Positions 50,055 through 60,267 of a stretch of 64,000 nt of DNA are shown here, piece after piece (within the stretch, counting starts at the first letter, position 1; each line of letters opens with the position of its first letter). Position numbers and translations under genes: made by a program. The notes under the pieces were generated by a model, which was not told where the DNA came from, searched no databases, and was given only the letters and a program-made list of their open reading frames with translations. This DNA comes from an uncultured delta proteobacterium. GTDB taxonomy: Bacteria; Desulfobacterota; Binatia; Binatales; Binataceae. Where the stretch lies: assembly GCA_963711565.1 (NCBI GenBank), contig CAVQEQ010000003.1, positions 1,248,001-1,312,000 on the forward strand. Direction: 5' to 3'.

Positions 50055-51479
50055 ATGGCTGAATTTCCGAAAGCCCGCGATTTCTTCGAGTCGAGCAGCG
50101 CCGCTGTCGCCGACCACGAGTTGCGGCGCAAGCTCGAGAGCGCCAGCGCACGGCATCTCGATCACTTCGCGCAAGTCAAAGCTGAGTTCCCGCCGTACGA
50201 CGACGAGCGCGAGACGGCGCATCGAATCAAGACCGACGCGATCGCGCATCTCGACGAATTGCTGATCGAGCTGACGTCGAAGCTCGAAGCGCGCGGATGC
50301 AAGGTGTTCTTCGCCGAGGATGCCGCGCAGGCGCGCGACTATATCGTCGCGCTCGCGAAGGCCAAGGGCGCGAAGAACGTCGTCAAGGGCAAGTCGATGA
50401 CGACGGAGGAGATCGATCTCAACGACGCCTTCGCCAAGGCCGGCATCGACGCGGTCGAGACCGACCTCGGTGAGTATATAGTGCAGCTTCGCCACGAGCG
50501 CCCGTCGCATATCATCACGCCCGCGATTCATCTGTCGAAGGAAGACATCGGCCAGCTCTTCACCGACAAGTTCGGCATCGAGTACACCGCGGAGCCCGAG
50601 AAGCTCACGGCCGAGGCGCGATCGCGCTTGCGCGCGATTTTTCTGGCGGCGGACTTCGGCGTCACCGGCGTCAATTTTGCGATCGCGGAAAGCGGCACGC
50701 TGATCGTCGTCGAGAACGAAGGCAACGGGCGCCTGTCGAGCACGATGCCGGAGACGTTCGTCGCCGTGATGGGAATCGAGAAGGTCATCCCGCGGCTCGA
50801 AGATGTGAGCCATTTTCTAGAAATACTGGCGCGTACTGCGACTGGGCAGAAGCTGACGACCTACACCAGTTTCATCACGGGGCCGCGGCGCGAGGGCGAC
50901 CTCGACGGGCCGGCCGAGATGCACGTGGTAATCCTCGACAACGGGCGCAGCTCGATGCTCGCCGATCCGATCCTGCGCGAGGCGCTGAATTGCATCCGAT
51001 GCGGCGCGTGCCTGAACGTATGCCCGATTTACCGGCGTATCGGCGGCCACGCGTATCGCTCGGTGTATCCGGGCCCGATCGGATCAATAGTCAGTCCAAA
51101 TCTTTTCGGCAGCGCTGCCGGTTATCTGCCGTTCGCCTCGACGCTGTGCGGCGCGTGCAAGGACATCTGTCCCGTGAAGATCGACATCCCGCGCATCCTG
51201 CTCCATCTGCGCTGGAAAGAAAGCACCGGTAAGCATCCGCTGAAATGGCCTCGCGCGATCGAGCGGGCGCGCCGGGGAGCGCGGCGGTTTGCGAAGACGG
51301 CGCGGTATCCGCGGACGACTCGCGCGCTTGGAAAGTTTGCCGCGATGGTGCTGAAACCGTTCGCGCACAATGGTTATCTGCGCCGGATGCCGGGACCGTT
51401 CGGCAACTGGACCAAGTATCGCAACTTCCCGCGGCCGCGTCCGCATAAGCGTCCCGAGCCGGAGCGCCCGCCGAGCTGA
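50055..51479 (+). CDS. lutB: lactate utilization Fe-S protein LutB/LldF
   Basis: KGKSMTTEE, ETDLGEYI, PSHIITPAIH, ENEGN, CIRCGAC, YPGPIG, STLCGAC. Confidence 0.94.
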   Translation: MAEFPKARDFFESSSAAVADHELRRKLESASARHLDHFAQVKAEFPPYDDERETAHRIKTDAIAHLDELLIELTSKLEARGCKVFFAEDAAQARDYIVALAKAKGAKNVVKGKSMTTEEIDLNDAFAKAGIDAVETDLGEYIVQLRHERPSHIITPAIHLSKEDIGQLFTDKFGIEYTAEPEKLTAEARSRLRAIFLAADFGVTGVNFAIAESGTLIVVENEGNGRLSSTMPETFVAVMGIEKVIPRLEDVSHFLEILARTATGQKLTTYTSFITGPRREGDLDGPAEMHVVILDNGRSSMLADPILREALNCIRCGACLNVCPIYRRIGGHAYRSVYPGPIGSIVSPNLFGSAAGYLPFASTLCGACKDICPVKIDIPRILLHLRWKESTGKHPLKWPRAIERARRGARRFAKTARYPRTTRALGKFAAMVLKPFAHNGYLRRMPGPFGNWTKYRNFPRPRPHKRPEPERPPS

Positions 51480-51481
51480 AC

Positions 51482-52177
51482 GTGGCCGAGCTGCACAAAA
51501 TAATCGCGAGCGTGAAAGACGCGCTCGGCGCGGGCGCGAGGAGCAACAATTCGCACGCCGCGGAGGCAACCGCTGCGGTGCCGGTGTCGCCGTCGGCGCA
51601 GCGCGCGGAGCTCGCGTCGGCATTTACGCGCGAGCTCGAAGAGGTCGGCGGCAAGTTTTTGGGAATAGTCACTCCGAGCGAACTGAGTAATCGAATAGTC
51701 AGTCTCGCCGGTGACATCGGCGCCAAGACGGTCGCGCTCGGACAAGGCATCGCGAGCGACATGGACGCTATTGGCGAGGCGCTCGAGCGCGCGGATTTCA
51801 GAATAGTCCGCACGGTGCCGGTCGCGGACACGGAGCGCGCGGCGATGCGCGCGCGCGTCGCGGAGGCCGAGCTTGGCATCGCGGAGGCGGACTTCGCCAT
51901 CGCCTCGACCGGCACGCTCGCCGTCGTATCGAACCCGCAACGGCCGAGTTCGCTGACGCTGCTGCCGCCGGCGAGCCTTGTGATCGTTCAGATCGATCGC
52001 GTGATGGCGAATCTTGCGGCGGTGCTCGCCGAGTTGGGACCGAATGGCGTCGCCGCAAATCGACTGACCTTGATAACCGGGCCGAGCCGCACCGCGGATA
52101 TCGAAAAGCGAATCGTGCTCGGTGTGCACGGACCGAAGTCGCTGCACGTGATCGTCGTATGGCCGCACGATGACTGA
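51482..52177 (+). CDS. lutC: LUD domain protein LutC/LldG
   Basis: AIASTGT, LTLLPP, ITGPSRTADIE..LGVHGP. Confidence 0.92.
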   Translation: MAELHKIIASVKDALGAGARSNNSHAAEATAAVPVSPSAQRAELASAFTRELEEVGGKFLGIVTPSELSNRIVSLAGDIGAKTVALGQGIASDMDAIGEALERADFRIVRTVPVADTERAAMRARVAEAELGIAEADFAIASTGTLAVVSNPQRPSSLTLLPPASLVIVQIDRVMANLAAVLAELGPNGVAANRLTLITGPSRTADIEKRIVLGVHGPKSLHVIVVWPHDD

Positions 52178-52892
52178 AGTCCAACTATTCTCGACCTGCC
52201 TCGCCGAAGAATTCTTTCCCGAGGTCAACGACGCGGCCGCGACCGTGCTCGAGCGGTTGCGGCTCAAAGTGACTCCGGTTCGCGGCGCGTTCTGTTGCGG
52301 GCAGGTGGCGTTCAATGAGGGCATGCGCGCAGAGGCGGTCGATCTCGCGCGGCGATTTCTCAACTCCGTTCAGCCGGGCGTTCCGATCGTCGTGCCGTCG
52401 GGCTCATGCACCAGCATGTTGAAGATCTTTTACGGCGATTTGCTCGCCGACGATCCCGCACTCGCCGCCAAGGCGATGGCGATTCGGCCGTGGGTGTTCG
52501 AGCTGTCGCAGTTCATCGTCAACGTGCTGAAAGTGAAGTACCTCGGCGCGCGCTACGAGCGTGCCGTCGCCTATCATCCGTCGTGTCATCTGATGCGCGA
52601 GCTGGGAGTGCGCGCCGAGCCGATGACTCTACTTAGCGCGGTGGTGGGAATCAAAATTTGCGAAGTGCGCGATCGCGAGGAGTGCTGCGGCTTCGGCGGG
52701 ATGTTCTCGGTGAAATTCCCGCACATCTCGGCGTCGATGCTCGAAGACAAGATGGCGCGCATCAAAGAAAGCGGCGCGGAAGTGGTGGTCGCGAACGATT
52801 GCGGATGCTTGATGCAGATCGGCGGCGGATTGAGCCGCGCCGGCGAGAAGATCGAGGTGCGGCATCTCGCGGAAGTGCTGGCTGCGAGATGA
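52170..52892 (+). CDS. lutA: CCG-domain Fe-S subunit LutA/LldE
   Basis: CCGQ, PSGSC, YHPSCH, CCGFGG.FSVK, GCLMQI. Confidence 0.92.
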   Translation: MTEVQLFSTCLAEEFFPEVNDAAATVLERLRLKVTPVRGAFCCGQVAFNEGMRAEAVDLARRFLNSVQPGVPIVVPSGSCTSMLKIFYGDLLADDPALAAKAMAIRPWVFELSQFIVNVLKVKYLGARYERAVAYHPSCHLMRELGVRAEPMTLLSAVVGIKICEVRDREECCGFGGMFSVKFPHISASMLEDKMARIKESGAEVVVANDCGCLMQIGGGLSRAGEKIEVRHLAEVLAAR

Positions 52893-52909
52893 AGAAGGGC
52901 GCCGGACTA

Positions 52910-53145
52910 AATAACCTCCCCTTGTCCGAGGGGAGGTCGTCGTAAGCCGCGCGCAGCGCGGTGTTGACGGGTGAGGTGCAACGCACGATACCGCAATCAG
53001 CAACTCTTTTGAGCGCGATTCAAGGTACAAGGTCCGCAGCTCGCATCGCCTTCGAGTTTGCATTGGTGAGATGCCGAACGTTGCACCTCACCCTCCGCGC
53101 TCCTTCGGCGCGCGTCAACCTCCCCTCGGACAAGGGGAGGTTATT
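52910..53145. repeat. REPIN-like inverted REP pair between convergent lutA and phaC
   Basis: AATAACCTCCCCTTGTCCGAGGGGAGGT...GGGTGAGGTGCAACG and CGTTGCACCTCACCC...ACCTCCCCTCGGACAAGGGGAGGTTATT are reverse complements. Confidence 0.88.
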
Positions 53146-53152
53146 AAGAGAG

Positions 53153-54862
53153 CTAGTGGCGTTCGTGGACGTATAGGCCTGGGGCTGGTTCGCCTGCTTT
53201 GTACAACTCGCTGCCTAACGTCTTTGGCGCTGGGCGTTCGTTGCCAGAGCGGGCGGCTACCCACTTGATCCAGTGATCCCACCAGGTGCCTTTGTTCTCG
53301 ACTGCGCCCTTGGCCCATTCGTCGGGATCTTCGGGGAGGCGGGCGCCGATGTAGTAGCGGGCTTTGAAGTTGCCTGGGGGATTCACCAAGCTTTGGATGT
53401 GGCCGCTCGAGCCGAGCACGAATTCTATTCGTCCGCCGAACATCCGGGTCGCGCGATAGCATGCGCGCCATGCGCAGATGTGATCGGTCATGCCGGCGAC
53501 GAGGTAGAGATCGTTTTTCACCGCGCGCAGGTCGATAGGAGTTCCCAGCACCGACACGTCGCCGCCGCGGGTCAGCGGATTTCTCAGGAACAGATCGAGG
53601 AAGCCCGCGTGCAGCCTGGCGGGAAGATTAGTCGAGTCGGCGTTCCAATAGAGGATGTCGAACGGCGCGGGATCGTTGCCGAGCAGGTAGTTATTGACCC
53701 AATAGTTCCACACCAGATCGTTCGGCCGCAGCCACGCGAACACGCGCGCCATGTCGCCGCCGTCGAGCACGCCCTTTTCCGCCGAGCGATCACGCGCCGC
53801 CTTGATCGCGTCCTCCGTCGCGAACATCCCGGTCATCGAGGGCAGGCTCGTGTCGAGCATCGTCACCAGCAGCGTGACCGCGTTGACGCGCTTGTCGCCC
53901 GAAGCTGCGAGATACCCGAGCATCAGCGAAGTCGTGATGCCGCCGGCGCATACGCCGAGCACGTTGCAATCGGGACTGCCGGTGATCTCGCAGGCCGCCG
54001 CGATGGCGTCCTTGCACGCGGTCACGTATTCGTCGAGCCCCCAGTCGCGATCGCGCGGCGTCGGATTACGCCAGCTAATCGTGAACATCGGGATGCCGTG
54101 CTTGACGGCGTACTCGACGAAGCTGCGGCCCGGCGCGAGATCCATGATGTAGAACTTGTTGATCTGCGGCGGGATGAACAGCAGCGGGCGTTCGTACACC
54201 TTGTCGGTCGCGGGCGCGTACTGGATCACCTCGCAGACCGGGCTGCGGAAGACCACGGCGCCGGGCGAGAGCGCGAGATTTTTGCCGACTTCGAACGGCC
54301 GCTTATCCACCGTCGAGGGCATGCCGCCGTTGCTCCACAGGTCGCCGACGAAGTTGCGCAGCCCCCACACCACGCTCATCCCCGACGTGTCGAAGGCGCG
54401 CTTGAGCGCGGCGGGATTGAGCCAGAACGCGTTGGTGGGCGCGAGCGCCTCGGTCATCAGAGTGACGGCGAACTTCTGCTGCTCGACTTCCTTCCACTCG
54501 ACGCTTTCATCCTGGTTGACGAGGTCATGCATCGCCGTGCGCCACGCAAGGTAGGCCTGCATCATGCGATGATAGAGCGGATGATCCGTCCATGCGGGAT
54601 CGCCGAAGCGTCGGTCGCCAGCCTCAGGAGCCACCGAGGAGACTCCCGCCGCGATCTGCCCGAGCTCGAGCCACAGTTGGAATGCGCGCGAGGCGACGGT
54701 CGCGGGTTGCGACGCGATATGCGTCATCAGGGTAGCCAGCGTGCCGACGACCTGCGTGGCGTCGAGGCCGACGAACGGATTGGCGCCCAGCAGCGCGTTC
54801 AGCGCGGGATGGTTTTCTTCGGGGGTCAGAATTTCAGGCTGTCGCTTGGCTGCACCGTCCAT
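53153..54862 (-). CDS. phaC: poly(3-hydroxyalkanoate) synthase (class II-like)
   Basis: ALAPTN, PPQINKFYIMDL, lipase box GVCAGG, LRPNDLVWNY, DHI, SGHIQ, WWDHW; GGAGG RBS. Confidence 0.94.
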   Translation of the reverse strand: MDGAAKRQPEILTPEENHPALNALLGANPFVGLDATQVVGTLATLMTHIASQPATVASRAFQLWLELGQIAAGVSSVAPEAGDRRFGDPAWTDHPLYHRMMQAYLAWRTAMHDLVNQDESVEWKEVEQQKFAVTLMTEALAPTNAFWLNPAALKRAFDTSGMSVVWGLRNFVGDLWSNGGMPSTVDKRPFEVGKNLALSPGAVVFRSPVCEVIQYAPATDKVYERPLLFIPPQINKFYIMDLAPGRSFVEYAVKHGIPMFTISWRNPTPRDRDWGLDEYVTACKDAIAAACEITGSPDCNVLGVCAGGITTSLMLGYLAASGDKRVNAVTLLVTMLDTSLPSMTGMFATEDAIKAARDRSAEKGVLDGGDMARVFAWLRPNDLVWNYWVNNYLLGNDPAPFDILYWNADSTNLPARLHAGFLDLFLRNPLTRGGDVSVLGTPIDLRAVKNDLYLVAGMTDHICAWRACYRATRMFGGRIEFVLGSSGHIQSLVNPPGNFKARYYIGARLPEDPDEWAKGAVENKGTWWDHWIKWVAARSGNERPAPKTLGSELYKAGEPAPGLYVHERH

Positions 54863-54894
54863 ATCGCCACCTCCCTGGTTCCGAGGAATCCCCG

Positions 54895-55902
54895 CTAGCC
54901 TAACAGTTCGAGGCCGTGCTCGAACATCCGCGGCGCGGACAGCGCCGTGTCTTCCCATAAGGGATCGTGACGCTTGCCGCGACGATGGAGCATCAGGTTG
55001 AAGCAGGTGATCACGCCGAAGCGGTAGCCCGCGAATGCGCGGAACCATCGCACTTCGGGAATCGAGACGGGGAAGCCGGCGACTTCGGCGTATGCATCGA
55101 CGATCTCGTCGGCGTTCAGCAACGCGCCGCGAGGGTCGGTGCCGACCCAGCTTGCGGGGTCTGAAAAGAAGCAAATCCAGCCGAGGTCGAGCAGCGTTGC
55201 GCCGACCAGCGAGATTTCCCAATCTATCAGGGCGACGACGCGTTCCTCGTTGAACAGCACGTTCGACCATTGGAAATCGCCGTGAACGCATCCGATGCGC
55301 GCGCCTGCGGGCAGGCTCAAACGGAGGCGCTCGCGCAGTTCAGGTGCGCGCGCCACGACCGCGGGATCGAGCGTCGGCCGATCGAGCAGATAGTCGAGGC
55401 GCTTGAGTTCTTCGCTCAGCGCGAACGGCTCGCCCCATGCCTCACGGCGCGGCTCCCACGGGACGTTGTGCAGCGCGGCCATCGTCGCGATCCCATTGCG
55501 CGCCAGCCGTTTCAAGTGTGCGAGCGGCAGCGTGGATTCGCCCAGCTTGAAGCCCTCGACGAAACCGCCGACGAAGTAGGGACGATCGAAAAACTCGGCC
55601 TCGTCGCCGTACCAGATGATCGGCGGCACTGCGACGGGAGTGTCGGCGAGCGACGCCATCACGCGCGCCTGCCGCACGATGTCGGCGGGGCCTGAGATCT
55701 TTACGCCGGGAGGTGCGATGCGCACGACGAACTTTCCCGCCGGCTTTGCGTCGCGCTCACTGCGTTCGAGGATGAAGCTGTAGCTAAAGCCGGCGTGGCC
55801 CGGCAGCGATTCGAGCGAATGCGCGCGCGCGCCGCCGTCGCCGGTCTTCGCGAGCACCAAGGCGGTAAGCTGCGCGGTTACCTGTTCGATATTTCCGGGC
55901 AT
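54895..55902 (-). CDS. aminoglycoside phosphotransferase (APH/ACAD10-like) family protein
   Basis: HGDFQWSN, LIDWE, DLGW. Confidence 0.88.
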   Translation of the reverse strand: MPGNIEQVTAQLTALVLAKTGDGGARAHSLESLPGHAGFSYSFILERSERDAKPAGKFVVRIAPPGVKISGPADIVRQARVMASLADTPVAVPPIIWYGDEAEFFDRPYFVGGFVEGFKLGESTLPLAHLKRLARNGIATMAALHNVPWEPRREAWGEPFALSEELKRLDYLLDRPTLDPAVVARAPELRERLRLSLPAGARIGCVHGDFQWSNVLFNEERVVALIDWEISLVGATLLDLGWICFFSDPASWVGTDPRGALLNADEIVDAYAEVAGFPVSIPEVRWFRAFAGYRFGVITCFNLMLHRRGKRHDPLWEDTALSAPRMFEHGLELLG

Positions 55903-55917
55903 CGCGAGGCGAGCTCG

Positions 55918-56568
55918 CTAACCCTTCATCCCGGTTGTCGCCGATCCGGGATGCAGGCTCGACTTGGCGCTGGGCCGCGAATCGACGCGCTTGAACCATG
56001 CGTTCACATTCTTCAGCGACGGATCGAGCGGCTGCTTGACGCTGCCGCCGAAGTCGAGCGCGCAATACAGAATGATGTCGGCGATGGTGAAGCGGTCGCC
56101 GGCGATATACTGCTTGCCCTCGAGCAGATTGTCGAGCCACTTGAGCTTGTCCTGCACGACGGCCTTCATTCCGGGAGCCGCTTCGGGCAGAACGCGCATC
56201 CGATCTTTGAACATCTGCAAACCTTCGGAGTAGCGGAAGCTGTTATAGAGATGCTCGGTGATCTGCATCTCGACGCGGCGCTGCCATTGGCGGGCTTCGG
56301 CGCGTTCCTCGGCGGTCGCGCCGATGAGCGCGGGGGTCGGGTGTTTCTCCTCGAGATATTCCCAAATCGCGACGGTCTCGCCGATACACTTGCCGTTGTC
56401 GAGCTCGAGCGCCGGCACTTGTCCGCCGGGGTTGCGATCGGTGTAGGGCGGCTTGCGATTCTCCGCCGTCATCAGATCGACCGTCTTCGTGGGAATCGTG
56501 ATTCCCTTCTCAGCCAGGAACATCCGCGTCGCGCGCGGGTTGGGTCCGAACGAATCGTAAAGATGCAT
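55918..56568 (-). CDS. glutathione S-transferase family protein
   Basis: GPNPR, NPGGQVPALELD, ETVAIWEYLEE, FTIADI. Confidence 0.92.
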   Translation of the reverse strand: MHLYDSFGPNPRATRMFLAEKGITIPTKTVDLMTAENRKPPYTDRNPGGQVPALELDNGKCIGETVAIWEYLEEKHPTPALIGATAEERAEARQWQRRVEMQITEHLYNSFRYSEGLQMFKDRMRVLPEAAPGMKAVVQDKLKWLDNLLEGKQYIAGDRFTIADIILYCALDFGGSVKQPLDPSLKNVNAWFKRVDSRPSAKSSLHPGSATTGMKG

Positions 56569-56681
56569 GGGCTGCCTCGCAAAAATTGGACTTCGGCCGG
56601 ACTATACAACAGGCGGCTCGAAAGCGGGAACCGGAATCCGGGCGTGTTGCGCTGGAATGAAGCGGTATATAGGAATTTGTC

Positions 56682-58052
56682 ATGCGATTTTGTCCGCAAT
56701 GCGGTGCGCCCCTGCTGGCTGGAGCGAAGTTCTGCGTCGAATGCGGCCGCGCGCTCGACGCGGCGGCTTCGGGCGCTGGAGAATCCGGACGTGCGCGGGG
56801 CGGCGCGAACATCGGGCGCAATACGATTTCGACGACGTTCGTGTTTGTGTTCGTCGCGCTCGCAGTCGTGGGTCTGGCGGCGGCGGGGTGGATTTACGTC
56901 AAGACGCCGGAAGTAGTGCGCGAGCAAATCGCCGTCGCGCCGCCGGTCGCCAATCCCCCAGGTGCGGCCTCGAGTCCCGGCACTGCGGCGCCCAATACGC
57001 CCGCGTCGGATCAAAACGTCAGCGCGAATCCCGCCGCGGGTGGAACTCAGAACGGTGGTCTGCCGCCGGGACATCCGACGATCGAGCTGCCAACCGAGGC
57101 TCGCAGTTTCGTCGACAAGATCGAACGCGACGCGATCGCCAAACCCAAGGACGTCGTCGCGTGGAACAAATTCGGCGCGGTCTCGATGCGCGCGGCGATG
57201 TTCGATCAAACCTACTACGGCAAAGCCGAGGAAGCGTACGGCCACGTGCTGAAACTGGATCCCGACAACCTCGACGCGCTGCGCGGAATCGGCGATATCG
57301 ACTACGACAAGCAGCATTACGACGAAGCGATCGCCGCGTACGAGCACTACCTGAAGAAGAAGCCGGACGATCCGGAAGTTCGCACCGACCTCGGCACGAT
57401 GTACCTCTACACCGGCAACGCCGATCAGGCGGTCGTGCAATACAAAAAGGCGATCGCCGCCAAGCCTGGATTTTTCCAGGCGTACTACAACATGGGAATC
57501 GCGCTCGCGCAGGAGAACAAGCCCGACGACGCGACCGCCACGCTCAAGCAGGCGATTGCGTTCGCCCCGGACGACACGGCGCGCGAGCAGGTGAAGGAGC
57601 TGCTCGCGAAACTCAGCGGTGCGCCAGCGGCGAGCGCGTCGATGCAAGCCGCGTCCGCGACGACTCCGGCAGCCGCCGCGGCGGCGAAGAGTCCGGCCGC
57701 GGCGAGTTCTCCGGCGGCGTCAGCCGCAGTGGCAAACACCTCAGCGTCACCCGCGGCCGCGACGGCGTCCAGCGGCGACGATTTTCACGACGCGGTGGAA
57801 GAGATGGTCCGAGGCTTACCGATCGCGGGACCCAAGGTCACCACCGTCGAGTGGCCCGACAAGCTCAAGGCCAAGGTCTTTATGGCCGATTTCCCGATGG
57901 ATCAAATGCCTCCGTTCGCGAAGACCAAGTTCCTGACCGACCTCAAGGCGGGAATCGACAGCGCCAAGAAGGACAACAACATCTCGTCGCCGGTCGAAGT
58001 CGATATCGTTGACGGCGCGAGCGGCAACATAATGGAAACCATTACTCAGTAG
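56682..58052 (+). CDS. zinc-ribbon, TM and TPR protein
   Basis: CPQCG...CVECG, TM helix, LPPGHP, several TPR units. Confidence 0.88.
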   Translation: MRFCPQCGAPLLAGAKFCVECGRALDAAASGAGESGRARGGANIGRNTISTTFVFVFVALAVVGLAAAGWIYVKTPEVVREQIAVAPPVANPPGAASSPGTAAPNTPASDQNVSANPAAGGTQNGGLPPGHPTIELPTEARSFVDKIERDAIAKPKDVVAWNKFGAVSMRAAMFDQTYYGKAEEAYGHVLKLDPDNLDALRGIGDIDYDKQHYDEAIAAYEHYLKKKPDDPEVRTDLGTMYLYTGNADQAVVQYKKAIAAKPGFFQAYYNMGIALAQENKPDDATATLKQAIAFAPDDTAREQVKELLAKLSGAPAASASMQAASATTPAAAAAAKSPAAASSPAASAAVANTSASPAAATASSGDDFHDAVEEMVRGLPIAGPKVTTVEWPDKLKAKVFMADFPMDQMPPFAKTKFLTDLKAGIDSAKKDNNISSPVEVDIVDGASGNIMETITQ

Positions 58053-58089
58053 CTAATTGCGCGAATAGCCAGTCGCGCGATGGAGCCGC

Positions 58090-58626
58090 ATGCAGGGAAT
58101 ACTCGTCAGGCTGCGCGGTTTTGAGAAGTCCGACGCCGAAGCGATGAACCGATGGGCCTCCGATGAGGACGTCGTACGCTGGCATGGGCCGCCGGATTGG
58201 CCGGCCTCGCGCGCGCAGCAGGAGCGCTACATCGAACGCGCGAACGCGGCGGATTCCGCGGACAAAGCTTTCGCAATCGAGACGCTCGACGGAAAACTGG
58301 TCGGAGATTGCGGGCTCAGAAAAATCGATTGGAAGAGCCGTAAGGCCGAGTTCTTCATCACGATCGGCGAGAAACAGCTCTGGGACAAGGGTTTCGGCAC
58401 CGACGCGCTCCGAATCGTAATTCGCCTGGCATTCGACAAAATGAATCTCAACCGGTTGTGGCTCACCGTCCTCGCCGACAATCCGCGCGCGGTCCGCTGC
58501 TATGAGAAATGCGGCTTCGTCCGCGAAGGGCTGCTGCGGCAGGAAAGTTTCGTCGACGGAAAGTATCGCGATGTTCATATGATGGCGCTGCTGCGCGAGG
58601 ACTACGATCGAACGCGAGGTGCATGA
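58090..58626 (+). CDS. GNAT N-acetyltransferase (RimJ/RimL type)
   Basis: WDKGFGT, NPRAVRCYEKCGFVREG. Confidence 0.9.
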   Translation: MQGILVRLRGFEKSDAEAMNRWASDEDVVRWHGPPDWPASRAQQERYIERANAADSADKAFAIETLDGKLVGDCGLRKIDWKSRKAEFFITIGEKQLWDKGFGTDALRIVIRLAFDKMNLNRLWLTVLADNPRAVRCYEKCGFVREGLLRQESFVDGKYRDVHMMALLREDYDRTRGA

Positions 58627-59024
58627 CGATGGCATCGAAATCTCTCGAACGGCTGCGGAAAGTCGCTGATCGGCAGACGCTGCGTCTTACTCACTACGGA
58701 CGCAAGAGCGGCCGCCCGTACGAAGTGACTATCTGGTATTTGGTCGATAAAGATGGGCTATACCTCGTCTCGGCGAATGCCGCGCGCAGCTGGGTGCGCA
58801 ATGTGAAGGTGCGGCCCGCAATCTCACTTCGGATTGGCGACGAAGTCTTCAACGGTGACGTGCGCTCGATTACCGATAAGCAGGAACGCGAAAAAGTGAA
58901 CCGCCTGGTCGAACGCAAATACTGGTACGTCGCCCCGATGCTGCGGTTCGGACAGTTCCTCATGTCGATGGGAATGGTTCGCGACAACACCGCCGCGTTC
59001 GAGGTGATCCTGGCGGACAATTAG
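58623..59024 (+). CDS. deazaflavin-dependent nitroreductase-like (DUF385) protein
   Basis: LTHYGRKSG, SWVRNV..RP; ATGA overlap with the GNAT gene. Confidence 0.8.
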   Translation: MTMASKSLERLRKVADRQTLRLTHYGRKSGRPYEVTIWYLVDKDGLYLVSANAARSWVRNVKVRPAISLRIGDEVFNGDVRSITDKQEREKVNRLVERKYWYVAPMLRFGQFLMSMGMVRDNTAAFEVILADN

Positions 59025-59495
59025 CTACGACGGCTCGCCGCCTTCGGCCACGCGCTTGAGGCTCTCGACCCAGTTCTGATGCCCGCGTACGAGCATCGGG
59101 CGCAAGTACCACGACGCGAGTTTCGGCACCAGTCCGTTCTGGCATTCCTCGGTGACGACGCGGCATCCGCCACGGCCGTCCGGCTCGATCAGCCAGCCGT
59201 GATAAGCGCTCAGCACGCCATGCGCGTCCCATCCGAGTTCATGCGCCGGCTCGAAAACGATCACGCGGCTGGTAACGGTGGCGCCAAAGGTCTTCCACTT
59301 GAATTCATTGTCGGGCGCGAGTTCGGGCGGATTGCCGCGAATGAAATTCACGTTCGCGCTGTTGCTGTACCATTCGGGCCACTTGGCGGCGCGAATCAGC
59401 CATCGCCAGATGCGCTCCGGCGGCGCATCGATCGCAATCTCGTTGCGCGCGTACACAGATGAGTTGTCAGGTTCGAATCCTGCGGGCCATTTCAT
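59025..59495 (-). CDS. SRPBCC / polyketide cyclase-like protein
   Basis: NEIAIDAPPERIWRWL...WPEW...FKWKTFG...AYHGWLIEP; AAGGAG RBS. Confidence 0.85.
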   Translation of the reverse strand: MKWPAGFEPDNSSVYARNEIAIDAPPERIWRWLIRAAKWPEWYSNSANVNFIRGNPPELAPDNEFKWKTFGATVTSRVIVFEPAHELGWDAHGVLSAYHGWLIEPDGRGGCRVVTEECQNGLVPKLASWYLRPMLVRGHQNWVESLKRVAEGGEPS

Positions 59496-59615
59496 CGCGA
59501 TGCTTGCTCCTTCCGATTGCGCATCTCTTTTATCCACAGATCGGTCGGTTTTTCCACAACACGAGGCTTTCAGAACTTCTGTCTCGTCTGGTTCCGCACT
59601 AATATCGCCGCTCAA

Positions 59616-59813
59616 ATGACGAAGAAGGAAGCGATGCGGCGCCTTGAAGACCTCGCCCTCGAAACGGGGCACAAGAGGAATTATTACGTCAAGCGAGCGC
59701 TAAACGAATTCCTGGATCGCAACGAGCAGCTTCTCGGGCACCGGCCGACGCGCACGATCGGCTTCTCGACGCTGGACGAGATCCCCTACCGGCTGAATAG
59801 ATTTCAATCCTGA
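59616..59813 (+). CDS. possible ribbon-helix-helix (CopG/RelB-like) small protein
   Basis: RRLEDLALETGHKRNYYVKRALNEFLD fits the two RHH helices; start uncertain. Confidence 0.5.
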   Translation: MTKKEAMRRLEDLALETGHKRNYYVKRALNEFLDRNEQLLGHRPTRTIGFSTLDEIPYRLNRFQS

Positions 59814-59877
59814 TCCGCCCGCCACCCGGCAGCACTCGTGTATCGACACTATGCCCATAAGGGCATAGGCTTAGGGC

Positions 59878-60267
59878 GTGGCGCTCGGAAAAGCGGAGAC
59901 GCTCAAGCCGGTCGTATGGGTTCGAAGCAGCAAAGACGACCTGAAAAAGTTTCCGCGAACCGCACAGTCGCATCTGGGATTCGCCCTCAAAGTCGCGCAG
60001 AGCGGAGGAAAGCATCCCGACGCAAAGCCGATGAACGGTTTCGGCGGCGCCAGCGTGATTGAGATTGTCGAGGATTACGATAGCGATACGTATCGAGCGG
60101 TTTACACGGTGAAGTTTGCCGAGGCGATCTATGTCCTCCACGCATTTCAAAAGAAGTCGAATTCGGGCATTGCCACGACCAAACGCGATCTCCATTTGAT
60201 AGAAGAAAGATTAAGGCGCGCGAAGGAATTGCACGCCCTGAGCGTTTACGACAAGGCGAAGCGATGA
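59878..60267 (+). CDS. type II toxin, RelE/ParE superfamily (Gp49/DUF891-like)
   Basis: VWVRSSKDDLKKFP, AKPMNGFG, TYRAVY, YVLHAFQKKS. Confidence 0.9.
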   Translation: MALGKAETLKPVVWVRSSKDDLKKFPRTAQSHLGFALKVAQSGGKHPDAKPMNGFGGASVIEIVEDYDSDTYRAVYTVKFAEAIYVLHAFQKKSNSGIATTKRDLHLIEERLRRAKELHALSVYDKAKR

